From sequence record CP021245.1: a stretch of 32,000 nucleotides of DNA, one strand, 5' to 3'. The notes below the pieces were generated by a model that saw only the letters and a list, made by a program, of their open reading frames with translations, had not been told where the DNA came from and searched no databases. The first letter of the stretch is position 1, and the number at the start of each line of letters is the position of its first letter. The position numbers and the translations under genes are program-made. This document shows, piece by piece, positions 9,879-21,722 of the stretch.

Positions 9879-10026
9879 TTAATATCTTATTTCCCCGACC
9901 ATATCAATGATATGGTCGGGGTAGATAAAGATATACTTATTATATATGTAATTAATACTAATTATATAGTATTATATAGTAAGTTTTATCAATTTCTCCA
10001 CCCCCTTAAAGGAGAATATATAAATT

Positions 10027-10073
10027 CCCCGGACGCCTCGTCCGACCGTAGGGTCGGACGATGGCGTCCGGGG
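10027..10073. repeat. 47-bp CCGG-type GC cluster, forward orientation
   Basis: The sequence is ccccggacgcctcgtccgaccgtagggtcggacgatggcgtccgggg. Confidence 0.9.
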
Positions 10074-10361
10074 TTAATATTTATATTATAAATTATATAT
10101 TTATTCCGCGATTCCTTAATAGAAACCGCGGAATAATTTTTGCGTGGGTCTATTAATATTAATATACTATATTAGTATTATTATTAAATAATATATATAT
10201 TATATATTATAGATATATTAGAATTATATATTATATGTAATCCCCCGCGGTACCTCCCCGGTCTAGACCGGGGAGGTACCGCGGGGAGTATATTATTATT
10301 TTATAAATATATATATATAATAAAGAAGTATTTATAATATTGATATATACCACAATTTCTT

Positions 10362-10408
10362 CCCCGGACGCCTCGTCCGACCGTACGGTCGGACGATGGC
10401 GTCCGGGG
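10362..10408. repeat. 47-bp CCGG-type GC cluster, forward orientation
   Basis: The sequence is ccccggacgcctcgtccgaccgtacggtcggacgatggcgtccgggg. Confidence 0.9.
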
Positions 10409-11621
10409 TTTATATAATTATTAATTTATTAATTATATAATATATTATATTATAATTATATTGTAATATTAATATATAAAATTTATATATCCTCTTAAAG
10501 TGGTTAACATTATAATGATTTACCCCGCGATATTACCATAAATATGGTAATATCGCGGGGATTATAATATATCTTATTCGTATAATTTTTATATTAAATA
10601 TATATACATATATATTCAATTTATATTAGTCTTTATTAGTCCCCCCCCGCGGCTCACCCAACCCTACGGTTGGGTGATGCCGCGGGGGGAAGATGAATAT
10701 TAATATAATGATTTATCCCGCGATATTACCATATTTATGGTAATATCGCGGGGATTATAATATATATATTTTATATATAATATAAATACATATATTAATT
10801 ATATATTTATTATTTTATTATATATATAGGTATATATAATATTAATAGTGCCAAAGAATACCGAATAATATGATAATAGATATAATATATACCCAGCCAT
10901 AATATAGCATATTATGGCTGGGTAATTAATTATAGATATATTTCCCGATTAGCATAGCATGCTAATCGGGAAGTTATTTTTATAATACTATAAGCGTAGT
11001 ATATCATAGAAAGGAAGGAGTATATAATCCCGCGGATCATTATGATCCGCGAGAAAACGTGATTTTCTAATTATACTGATAATATTAATATATAAAATTA
11101 TATATTATAATTATATAATATATTATATATGTTTTAGTAACCCCGCGGCTCCTCCCCTTTAAAGGGATTACTAGGAGACCGCGGGGAAAATATTAAATAA
11201 TATTATTTAATATTATTTAATTAATAATAATTTATTTTAAAGTTACATACCCCGCGGCTCGTTTCCGGGATATCCCGGAAACGAGACCGCGGGGAATTAT
11301 AAAATAATATAAACCCCGGGAAAAATATATATAATAATGTTTTTTCATATATTCTACCTTCTATATATTAATATTACTCCTTTGGGACTATTATTATAAT
11401 AATATTCACCCTGATAAAAATCAGGGTTCGCGGAATTAAAAACATTGGAATATTTTTAATATAATAAAAATATAATTAATTATTATTATATACCATAGGA
11501 ATAAAATTATATATTATATGTAATATGTAATCCCGCGGTATACTTTATATGTATACCGCGGGGGGGGGAGAGATATAATTTATAAATTTTATTTAATATA
11601 ATATATATATTAAATAAAAAA

Positions 11622-11633
11622 AAGAATATTGAA
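11622..11633 (-). promoter_or_regulatory. orphan 3'-processing-like motif TTCAATATTCTT with no gene upstream
   Basis: The plus strand reads aagaatattgaa followed by ataatt, identical to the atp6 3' motif and flank at 17218-17235. It lies about 480 nt beyond the cob 3' motif. Confidence 0.3.
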
Positions 11634-12099
11634 ATAATTTTATTATTAATTACTATTTAACATTTTTAAAATTAAAATATTTTCCCCGCGGACTCGTCCC
11701 CGGGATACCCCGGGGACGAGCCGCGGGGTTTATATTATTTTCATAATTAAATAATACTTTTTTTAATTTTAAACTATTACTCTTCCCCACGCGGCTCATC
11801 CAACCCTTTATGAGGGTTGGATGATGCCGCATTTGCGGGGCTTCTAAATCTAAATATTCAAATAATAAATCCCCCGCGGTCTCATCCTCTGGGATTACCA
11901 GAGGATGAGCCGCGGGGTTAATTATGTTTTGATTTTACTTCATTATAACATTTATAATATTCTTCCCCACGCGGTACACCCAACCCTTTATAAGGGTTGG
12001 GTGATGCCGCATTTGTGGGGCTTATTTTGATTTAAATTTAATCATTATTAATATTTTGAGAATAATATCTTTTTTGATTATTATTAAAAATAGATAAAA

Positions 12100-12111
12100 A
12101 AGAATATTGAT
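12100..12111 (-). promoter_or_regulatory. dodecamer-like 3' end-processing motif ATCAATATTCTT downstream of cob
   Basis: The plus strand reads aagaatattgat, 25 nt beyond the cob stop. It shares the AATATTCTT core with the S. cerevisiae AAUAAUAUUCUU dodecamer. Confidence 0.5.
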
Positions 12112-12135
12112 TAGTTAAATTATTACCTTTAATAA

Positions 12136-13296
12136 TTACTTTGCATTTTTTCTACCTACATAGAATAATACATTTTCAATTGTTGATACAACTGGTACAA
12201 TAACTAAGAAGTATGCAAAATAAATTACAGTAGCAATTTGTCCCATTACAACAAAAGGAGGCTCTACATGACATTCTCCTAAGTGGCCTAATAATACAAA
12301 GTTAGCAATAAATAAGAAGAAGAAGAATTTAGAGAATACTTTAAATGCGTTACCTCTAATAACACTTCTATCTGTAATAGGTAATACTAATAAAATTAAA
12401 ATAGCACCAAACATAGCTAATACTCCTAATAATTTATCAGGTACTGATCTTAAAATTGCATAGAATGGTAATAAATATCATTCTGGTACAATAGATGCAG
12501 GTGTAACTAATGGATTACCAGGAATATAGTTATCTGGATGTCCCATTGTATTAGGTGAGAAGAATACAAATAATGAGAAGAAGAATAAGAATACAAATAC
12601 AGTAATTAAATCTTTAAAAATAAAGTAACCATGCATTGGTAATCTATCTAAATTACCTGTAACACCTAAAGGATTTGATGAACCATGTGTATGTAATGCC
12701 ATAAAATGCATAATTACAAATGCAGCAATAATAAATGGTACTAAATAATGGAAAGCGAAGAATCTTTGAATAGTAGGATTAGAAACTGAGAATCCACCTC
12801 ATAATCATGATACAATATCATTACCAATAAATGGAATAGCTGAGAATAAATTAGTAATAACTGTAGCACCTCAATGACTCATTTGTCCATATACACAACA
12901 GTATCCTAAGAAAGCAGCAGCCATTGTTAATACAAAAATAATAACACCAACATTTCATACTAATGTTCTAGGAGCTCTATATGAACCATAATATAAACCT
13001 TTACCAATATGAATATACATACAAATAAAGAAGAATGATGCACCATTAGCATGAGCATATCTAATAAATCATCCTCCTTGAACATCTCTCATAATATGTT
13101 CAACAGCTGAGAATGCTAATTCAATATTAGATGAATAATGCATAGCTAAAAAAATACCTGTACAAATTTGAATTACTAAACATAATCCTAATAATGATCC
13201 TAAATTTCATCAATAATTAATTGATGAAGGTTGTGGTGAATCAATCATATAACTATTTAATAAATTTAAATAAATATTAGATTTTCTAAATGACAT
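12136..13296 (-). CDS. cob: apocytochrome b, intronless, 386 aa
   Basis: The ORF is continuous when TGA=Trp. Track ORFs 12136..12414 and 12478..12711 are fragments of it. The N-terminus is [33 protein letters not shown] and the C-terminus is ..[14 protein letters not shown]. It is near-colinear with S. cerevisiae Cob. Start and stop are in the same frame (checked modulo 3). Confidence 0.97.
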
Positions 13297-13836
13297 ATTT
13301 TATTTGAATTATTATATTTTTAAATATATATATAAATATAATATATATTAAATATATAATATAAATATTATATATTCCCCACGACGAACGTCGTGGAGGA
13401 GCCGCGGGGCCCTTATATAAATATGACCCCCGCGGATCACCCGACCCTTTATGAGGGTCGGGTGATGCCACGGGAGAAAGGGATAAATATATAATTATAA
13501 TAATATAATTATGTATAATTTATATATATTATTTATATGAATATCCCCGCGAAATTATTTATAATTTCGCGGGAGATAAATAAATATTTTATAAATATAA
13601 TATTATTGTATTATATATATAATAATATATATATAATAATTATTATAATAATATAATAAATATATTATTATCAAGTAATTTGATACATATATAATATATA
13701 TGTATATTGATTATTATTTTATAATTATATATTACTTCTAATATATCCCACGGATATACTTGGTAATATATCCAGCCCCCGCGACATGACCCTTTATGAG
13801 GGTCATGTCGCGGGGGAGAAGGGATTATAAAATATA

Positions 13837-13908
13837 TAACCTTAATCGGAATTGAACCGATATTTTCAACATGAAGAGATGATGTCGTAACCATTAGACG
13901 ATAAGGTC
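13837..13908 (-). tRNA. trnE: tRNA-Glu (anticodon UUC), tentative anticodon call
   Basis: The rc has acceptor GACCTTA/TAAGGTT and T arm ATCGG-TTCAATT-CCGAT. The best anticodon arm is TCATC-TCTTCAT-GTTGA (one T-T mismatch), giving UUC but with an unusual C at position 33. The position just upstream of cob matches S. cerevisiae. Confidence 0.65.
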
Positions 13909-13981
13909 TGTTATATTAGAGATTCGAACTCCAAACCTTTCGATTACAAAACGAACGCTCTACCAATTGAGCTAATATAAC
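13909..13981 (-). tRNA. trnT: tRNA-Thr (anticodon UGU)
   Basis: The rc has acceptor GTTATAT/ATATAAC and D arm GCTC-AATTGGTA-GAGC. The anticodon loop is TTTGTAA and the T arm is TGGAG-TTCGAAT-CTCTA. Its discriminator (13909) directly abuts nt 1 of trnE (13908). Confidence 0.88.
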
Positions 13982-13988
13982 TACTATT

Positions 13989-13997
13989 AACTTATAT
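13989..13997 (-). promoter_or_regulatory. promoter-like variant nonamer ATATAAGTT upstream of trnT-trnE-cob
   Basis: The plus strand reads aacttatat, 8 nt upstream of the trnT 5' end. The same variant lies upstream of trnC. Confidence 0.35.
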
Positions 13998-14371
13998 ATA
14001 GATTCCCCCCGCGGCCTCACCCAACCGTAGGGTTGGGTGTGCCGCGGGGGGTAAGTTAATTAAAACTATCTCGCTAAATTATCCCTATTTAAGGGAACTA
14101 ATTTATTATTTTATATATATAGAATATATAAAAATATATATATATATATTATGAAAATATATGCCTAAAAGGCGAATTGTAATTTCTTCCCCGCGGCTCA
14201 CAACCTAGGTTGTGAGCCGCGGGGTAATCATTATTTATTAATTTTATTATATAATATATTAATATATAATATACAAAAATATATATATATATATAATCCT
14301 CGTATTTCAACCCATAAGGAATTGGGAGATTATATAATATGTAATAAAAGGGTATATATAATAATAGAATA

Positions 14372-16335
14372 CCCCGCCATATTGCCAATATTGGCAATAT
14401 GGCGGGATTATGTAAATATATAAACTCCCGCCATTAGTCGTATGACTAATGGCGAAATACTAATTTATTATTATTTTTATATAAATAATATTATTATATA
14501 AAAATTTATATCAAAGCCCTATACGAGGTATTTGGTTACTATTAATATAGATATAATATCTATAAACCCCACCCTTAAAAGGGGGTAAGATATTCCCGCC
14601 ATAATATATCCCTTAGGGATATATTATGGCGGAGTATAAATAATAATATCAATATTTATTATTAAAAAAATTATTATATATATTTATATATATTTTAATA
14701 ATTAATATTATTAAGAATATATATATAATTCTTTATTTAATTTTAGCCCCCCCCGCGGTCTCTCACCCAACGAATGTAGGGTGATGAACCGCGGGGAATA
14801 ATAATATTTATATATATTTATATATATTTTATACATATAAAATAATAATCTTATCCCCGCCATATATACCTATTAGGTATATATGGCGGGAATGGATATA
14901 ATGATATATAATATTATATATATATTTTTATAATTATTTCGTAGAAATAATATTATGAATATAAGGCTATACCCGCCATTATTACCAATATTGGTAATAA
15001 TGGCGGGGTATATATTTATTTATAGATCTTTATATATTAAATATATAATATATATGAGAAGTATAATTCCCGCCATTATCTATTAGATAATGGCGGGGAT
15101 ATTAATCCCGCCATATATTTATTATAATAAATATATGGCGGAATACTAATAAATTAATAAATATATAATAATAATTATAATATTTATTTAAATATATAAA
15201 TATTTATATATTAAATTCCTATGAATGATATTGCATTTGCAGAGTTGAATATAATTAAATATAAAATTCCCGCCATTAGTCTTAAGACTAATGGCGGGAT
15301 ATATATATATATATATATATCTTTTATATATATTATATATTTATTTTTTATAATATATATAATATATAATTATATAATTATATAATTGTATACCGCCCCG
15401 ATATTTATAATAAATATCGGGGGCGATTATTGTCATATTATATCATATCCTATATTATATATAATTATTATATATATCTATTAATAATAATACATATTAT
15501 TCCCCGCGGCTCATCACCCATACATTCGTTGGGTGAGAGACCGCGGGGGGATAAATAATTAGGGAAATTATATAATACAATATATTATATACAATATTTA
15601 TACTATATTAATATATATAATATATATTATAATATATTAATAATAATAATAATTATATTATTAATATCTAGAATATATATATAAATTACTATATAATATA
15701 TATAATAGTTATATAATTAAGTATTCCCATAACATGGGAATCGGGGGATTATATAATATAATATAATAATGTCGTCTTTCTTATTACGTATTAGATTGTA
15801 TATAATTATATTATAAATAATATAAACCCCGCATTTGCGGGGAAGATAACAATATTATATAGGTTATTCCGCGGAATTATAACCATTAGGGTTATAATTC
15901 CGCGGAATACATTAATATGTATAATATATAATATATATATAAATTACTAATAATATTTATAATATTATATATAATATATTTATATATTTATATAATTGGG
16001 GCATATAATTATTTTATATAACCCCGCCATATAGACCCTAATAGGGTCTATATGGCGGGAATGGTTATAATAATATAATATTTATATATTATATATAATA
16101 TATTTATATAATTAAATTAATACTCTAAGAAGTAATATTACCCGCGGATATACTACGAGAATATCGTAGTATATCCGCGGTAAAGGTTATTACCGCCATT
16201 AGTCATACGACTAATGGCGGGGTATATATATATATATATATATTCTTACATAAATCTAATATATTTAATATATATATTCTTCTAGGGTTATAAATATATA
16301 ATTTCCGCCATTATATATTTAATGTTAATGGTGAG
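14372..16335. repeat. local array of about 12 members of the CCCGCCAT-(AT-rich palindromic core)-ATGGCGGG cluster family, interspersed with other clusters
   Basis: Members read directly are 14372-14406, 14427-14454, 14595-14632, 14855-14890, 14972-15007 and 15069-15098. Further members are 15107-15141, 15269-15298, 16022-16059 and 16193-16222. A variant is at 15393-15426 and a degenerate copy near 16305-16335. Confidence 0.85.
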
Positions 16336-17102
16336 ATATACCTTTTATGTATGTTCCAATATATATATAATATATATAATCCCCACCCCCCCTTTAGGGG
16401 GGGGTGGAAGGAGGAACAAGATAATTTATTTAGTTTCCTTGCAAATGCAACTAATTCAATCGAAGGGTTTATAATAATATTTAATAATAATAATAATATT
16501 ATATTAATAATTTATATATAAATCTTAAATATTATATAATACAATATATTCTTTAATATCTTTTTTTTTCCTATGGGGGGAATATAGAAAATTATTAATA
16601 TAGTTTCATAATATAGGTACATGTATAAGATAATATCTATTATAATATATAAATAATAATAATATATATATTATAATAATAATAATATTTCCCCGGACGT
16701 CCGACCCTTTATGAGGGTCGGACGTCCGGGGTTGTTATAATTTCCCGCGGATAAGCCATTAGGCTTATCCGCGGGATACATTCATATCTATAATACATAT
16801 ATAAATTATATAATAAATAATATATAAATAATAATAATAATAATTATATATGTTATCACCTACTTTATTAGAATTATAAATACAATATTTATATGTATAA
16901 TATATATAATATATATAGTCTCACAAATGACTTATAATATATATAATAAATATAATATATAAATAATAAACCCCGCGGACTCCTACCCCTTTAAAGGGGG
17001 GGAGGAGTCCGCGGGGAGACTACTTTTTTTAAAGAATATATAATAGTTATTCCTGATTTATATAGCATGTATATTAATTGTGTGTGACAGGAATAAATTT
17101 AG

Positions 17103-17170
17103 CCCGCGGTTCTCATACATACATACATACATACATACATACTACGAAAGTAGGATGATGAGTCCGCGGG
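17103..17170. repeat. GC cluster carrying a (CATA)7 microsatellite (17114-17141) in one arm
   Basis: The sequence is cccgcggttct-(cata)x7-ctacgaaagtaggatgatgagtccgcggg. The right arm and loop match the cluster at 20865-20910. Confidence 0.9.
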
Positions 17171-17217
17171 AATATATATATATATATTATAATATATATA
17201 TATTAATTAAAAAATAT

Positions 17218-17229
17218 AAGAATATTGAA
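17218..17229 (-). promoter_or_regulatory. dodecamer-like 3' motif TTCAATATTCTT downstream of atp6
   Basis: The plus strand reads aagaatattgaa, 27 nt beyond the atp6 stop. Confidence 0.5.
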
Positions 17230-17255
17230 ATAATTATTTTTTAATAATTATATTA

Positions 17256-18026
17256 TTAATGTAAGTATAAAACATCTTTTAAGTATGAAGATGTTAAAAT
17301 AGATCATACATAAGCTTGAATTACTGAAATAGCAAATTCTAATACAACAATAGCTAATAATCCTACACCTGGAATTAAACCAAATACGAATGTAATAATA
17401 CTCATTGACATTAAATTAAATAATAATCCTCCTAAAATAATTAATAATAAATGTCCACTTAATACATTACTTGATAATCTTAAACCTAAAGAAATAGCTC
17501 TAGCAAAATAAGATAATAATTCAATTAATACTAATAATGGAACTAATGGTAAAGGAGTACCACCTGGTACAAATAATGAGAAGAATACTAAACCATGTTT
17601 AGTTAAACCAATAATTGTAGCACCTAATCAAATAACTGAACTTAATGAAACAATAAAGATTAAATGTGCTGATAAAGCAAATGAATAAGGAATCATACTA
17701 ATTAAATTACTAACAAAGATAAAGAAGAAGAATGTATAAACTAATGGGAAATAATATCCTCATAATTTACCACCAATTTGTCCTTTAACCATATTTAAAA
17801 TAGTATCATAAATAGCTTCTTGTGATACAAATCATTTTGAACCAATAATTTTATTATTATTAGTTGTTAATAAATTTAAACCTAATACTGTAAATAATAC
17901 AATAATTGTATATAATGAGAATGTAGTGAAATTTAAACTACTGAAATCTAATAATGGAGATGTAAATCCCATTAATACTCTAATTTCAAATTGATCTAAT
18001 GGTGATGTAATAAATAAATTTAACAT
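17256..18026 (-). CDS. atp6: ATP synthase F0 subunit a (subunit 6), 256 aa
   Basis: The sequence begins MLNLFITSPLDQFEIRVLMGF and ends ...EFAISVIQAYVWSILTSSYLKDVLYLH. It is continuous with TGA=Trp. Track ORF 17832..18026 is its N-terminal fragment. Confidence 0.96.
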
Positions 18027-18447
18027 TTTATTTTATTATTATTATTAAAAATCTAATATAAAATATATATAATAATATATATAAACCCTCCCTTAAAGGG
18101 GGGGATAAGATATAAATATCTTGTTATAAATATATAATATAATAATATATTGTTATATAATATATTATTATAAATAATAATATATATAAATATTGAATAA
18201 TTAATTACCTGGAAATGCGACTCACCCAACCTTTCGGTTGGGTGAGTCGCGCAGGATTTAGATATACCTTTATTCGTGACCCATCCTCAATATTATGTTG
18301 AGGATGGGCCGCAGGTAATATATATTAATTATAAATCCCGTAAATTTCAATATAAAATTTTAGGGAAACATATTATTATTATAAATAATATGAACCCCGC
18401 GAATTACGGTATAGACCGTAATTCGCGGGAAAATGATATATGTATAA

Positions 18448-18594
18448 TTATAATTTTGAAATAAATAATCTTGATACATATAATCTTAAAATTTGTGGTA
18501 AGAAGTATTGTGCAAATAATACTAATAAAATAGTAACTAATGCAAAACCATATACTAATTGATTTAAGAAATAAAATGGTACTAATTGTGGCAT
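18448..18594 (-). CDS. atp8: ATP synthase F0 subunit 8, 48 aa
   Basis: The rc translates to MPQLVPFYFLNQLVYGFALVTILLVLFAQYFLPQILRLYVSRLFISKL, near-identical to S. cerevisiae Atp8. Confidence 0.96.
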   Translation of the reverse strand: MPQLVPFYFLNQLVYGFALVTILLVLFAQYFLPQILRLYVSRLFISKL

Positions 18595-18919
18595 ATTTAT
18601 TTTTATATTAAATTATAATTTACTATTAATATTATTATTAATATTAATATAATTATATAAAATTATTATATATTAATAATATTAATCCTTCCCCCGCGGA
18701 ATACCTCAGATATCTGAAGGATTCCGCGGGATTATTAGGACTAATATTTATATAAAAAAAGTATATATATGAATATATATATATAATATAATATTATATA
18801 TATTGTATATAAATCATCCTTATAATTCTATGTATTATAAGGGTGTACTATTAAGAATAATCTTTCACCCCGCGGCTACGACATATATCGTAGCCGCGGG
18901 GGGGGGTCATATTTATAAA

Positions 18920-18931
18920 AAGAATATTAAA
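18920..18931 (-). promoter_or_regulatory. dodecamer-like 3' motif TTTAATATTCTT downstream of cox1
   Basis: The plus strand reads aagaatattaaa, 20 nt beyond the cox1 stop. Confidence 0.45.
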
Positions 18932-18950
18932 AAAGATAATAATATAATTA

Positions 18951-19499
<549 letters not shown>

Positions 19500-19892
19500 T
19501 TATATTCTTTATTTACATAAAGGATTGGACTATGTCTTAATAATATATAACCAATATATGTATCCCGCGAATTCCACTTTAAGGGAAATTCGCGGGAAAT
19601 ATAATACATATTATATATATTATATATATATTGATAATTATATATTATTATTCACGTATAGTCTCTACAGTTCCCATTATTATATAAAATATAATAATGG
19701 TTACCACGAAATTGTCTTATATAATTGTAGTATATAAATTACATTAAATTTATTTATATAAGATTTCTTCGTTAGCTATATTTATTAAAAAAAAATATAA
19801 CCCTTAATATATCATTCCCCCCCCAACACCTTATAGGTGTTGGGGGGGGGGGTATAAAGATAATTAAGATAGTGAATTTACTACATGACACT

Positions 19893-21086
19893 TTAAATAT
19901 TTATTTTTTTTCATTTAATATATTCAATATATTTATAACCTTGTAAATTATATTTATTAAAAAATTTAATAAATATATTAATATAATATTTATTATATAC
20001 CTCTAAAATATATATATTATTTTTATATATTAATTTATTCTTAATATTAAAATAATTTTTTAAGAATTCTATTAAATGTTTATCATTTATATAAAATAAA
20101 AATGAATTATTATTATTCTTTCTAATAATAAATTTACCTTTATTTTCAATAAAACCTAAAAATCATACATTAATATAATTATGATTATAATTATTATTAA
20201 TATTAATATTAATATTAATTCCCGCGAACTTTTTATGGAAGTTCGCGGGGGAAAAATAATTAATTTTAGTATAATTTATATCTTTATAATATTTATATAA
20301 ATTAGGATTATATTTATTATTTCTATCTTTTAAATATAAATTTATTGCTAAATTTCTATTATTTTTATAAATATAATATATAGATTTTATAAATGCTAAT
20401 TGTAATTTTTTATTTATAGTTATTAATGGATATTTATTAAATAATTTAATTAAATTATTAATATTTTTTATATCATTTATAATTCATATTACATAATTAT
20501 TATTAATATTAATATTACCTTTTAAATAATGTTTAATATTATTTAATATATTAATATTCTCTTTATTATTATTTAATTTAATAATTAATCTAAATTGTAA
20601 ATATTTAGATTTATATTTATTAATTTGAATATTACCATTACTATCAAATAATCCTACAAATAACATTTTATAGAATTCTGACCCTGCGGTTCATCTTCCT
20701 TGTGGATATGAACCGCAGGGAATACTATTATTAATATAATTATTATTAATATTATTATTATTATTAATATTATTATTAATATTATAAATATTATTAGTAT
20801 TATTAATATTATTAGTATTATTAATATTACTATCACTATTACTATTACTATTACTATTACTATTCCCCGCGGCTCTCATTCTACTTTCGTAGGATGATGA
20901 GTCCGCGGGGTTATTATTATTAGTATTATTAGTATTATTATTAATATTATATATTTTAATAGAGTATAAAATATTATTAATTTTATAAAATGTGGTAGGA
21001 TTATATAAATTACAGTATTTCCCATTAGAGAAGGGATAAGTATAAATATATGAAATATATAATATAATAATTATAATATTTATTTT
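19893..21086 (-). CDS. intron-encoded double-motif LAGLIDADG protein, 397 aa, in frame with exon 3
   Basis: The ORF is continuous with TGA=Trp from the exon 3 boundary to TAA at 19893-19895, translated codon by codon by hand. The motifs are [16 protein letters not shown] and [15 protein letters not shown]. It carries three in-frame GC clusters and long Asn/Ser runs. Both motifs are somewhat degenerate. Confidence 0.8.
20221..20251. repeat. GC cluster (CCCGCGAA..TTCGCGGG family) translated within the intron 3 ORF
   Basis: The sequence cccgcgaactttttatggaagttcgcggggg encodes ..GAFKKHFNAPS.., about 25 codons upstream of LAGLIDADG motif 2. Confidence 0.85.
20682..20720. repeat. 39-bp GC cluster translated within the intron 3 ORF
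   Basis: The sequence ccctgcggttcatcttccttgtggatatgaaccgcaggg encodes ..[14 protein letters not shown].., just upstream of motif 1. Confidence 0.85.
20865..20910. repeat. 46-bp GC cluster translated within the intron 3 ORF
   Basis: The sequence ccccgcggctctcattctactttcgtaggatgatgagtccgcgggg encodes [17 protein letters not shown]. It is flanked by Asn runs and an (ACTATT)5 repeat encoding NSNSNS. Confidence 0.9.
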
Positions 21087-21222
21087 ATCATGGAATGCTA
21101 CATCTAATGATGCATTTGCTAATGCTACTCCTGTTAATCCACCAATTGTGAATAAGAATAAGAAAGCAATAGCATATAACATAGGTACAGCTAATCTAAT
21201 TGATCCACCATAAATTGTTGCT
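21087..21222 (-). CDS. cox1: cytochrome c oxidase subunit 1, exon 3
   Basis: The exon translates to (L)[45 protein letters not shown]. Confidence 0.93.
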
Positions 21223-21722
21223 CTTATTTTTAACCTTAAATCATCACAGATTCATTTATAATATTTATAATAAATATTATAATAGCTAGTTAAATTTATA
21301 TATAATTATTTATTATTAATCCCAATATCCTCCAAATATTTGGAGGATATTGGGTAACTATATATATTAGGATAATATATATATAATACATATATATATT
21401 ATTTGAAGGATTGCTTCAAAACTATTACTAGTTCCATTGGATCATTCCTTATGTATTCATATAATAGACCCGCAAAATATTTCCTGCAGGAAATATTTTG
21501 CGGGGAATATATTACTTAGAAATACCAGAAGCATCTGATCTCTACGCTTTTATATATATAATTTCTTATATATAATTTAGTTCGACGATTGCCCTATATA
21601 AATTCTAATTTATATATATAGGATTTCTCTCGAGTTTGCTTCTTAATATATAAATTATATATATATTATATAGATTATATATATTACCCCGCGGATTCAT
21701 ATTATGAATCCGCGGGATTATA

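Larger units (their letters stand above)
9078..12099. repeat. 3-kb gene-free tract with about 28 GC clusters of several families
   Basis: Clusters read directly include 9126-9162, 9190-9232, 9311-9358, 9576-9624, 9725-9765, 9832-9878 and 10027-10073. Others are at 10243-10287, 10362-10408, 10523-10560, 10641-10689, 10716-10751, 11141-11185 and 11250-11296. The last group is 11532-11570, 11684-11729, 11785-11842, 11871-11927 and 11965-12022. Confidence 0.85.

Noticed and set aside
13286-13894. Track ORFs 13286..13471 and 13643..13894 on the minus strand
   Set aside because: The first lies in the cob 5' leader across two GC clusters. The second overlaps trnE. Neither has protein-like composition.
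14149-14397. 82-aa minus-strand track ORF
   Set aside because: It is AT-spacer Tyr/Ile/Asn low complexity interrupted by cluster-derived residues. It lies in the gene desert and resembles no known mitochondrial protein.
14372-16335. CRISPR-like appearance: short GC-rich repeats separated by AT spacers
   Set aside because: The repeats are individually palindromic with variable cores. They are not identical direct repeats, and their spacing is irregular. The context is mitochondrial with no cas genes. They are GC clusters.
16400-16470. T-loop-like CCCTTCGATTGAATTAG on the minus strand, a possible tRNA fragment
   Set aside because: No acceptor or anticodon arms could be paired. It looks like a degenerate GCATTTGC-family cluster.
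18276-18464. 62-aa plus-strand track ORF
   Set aside because: It spans two GC clusters and runs antisense into the atp8 stop region. It is a chance ORF.
20654-20836. 60-aa minus-strand track ORF (poly Ile/Leu)
   Set aside because: It is an alternative frame of the AAT/ATT-repeat region of the intron 3 LAGLIDADG ORF. The frame continuous with exon 3 is the credible one.
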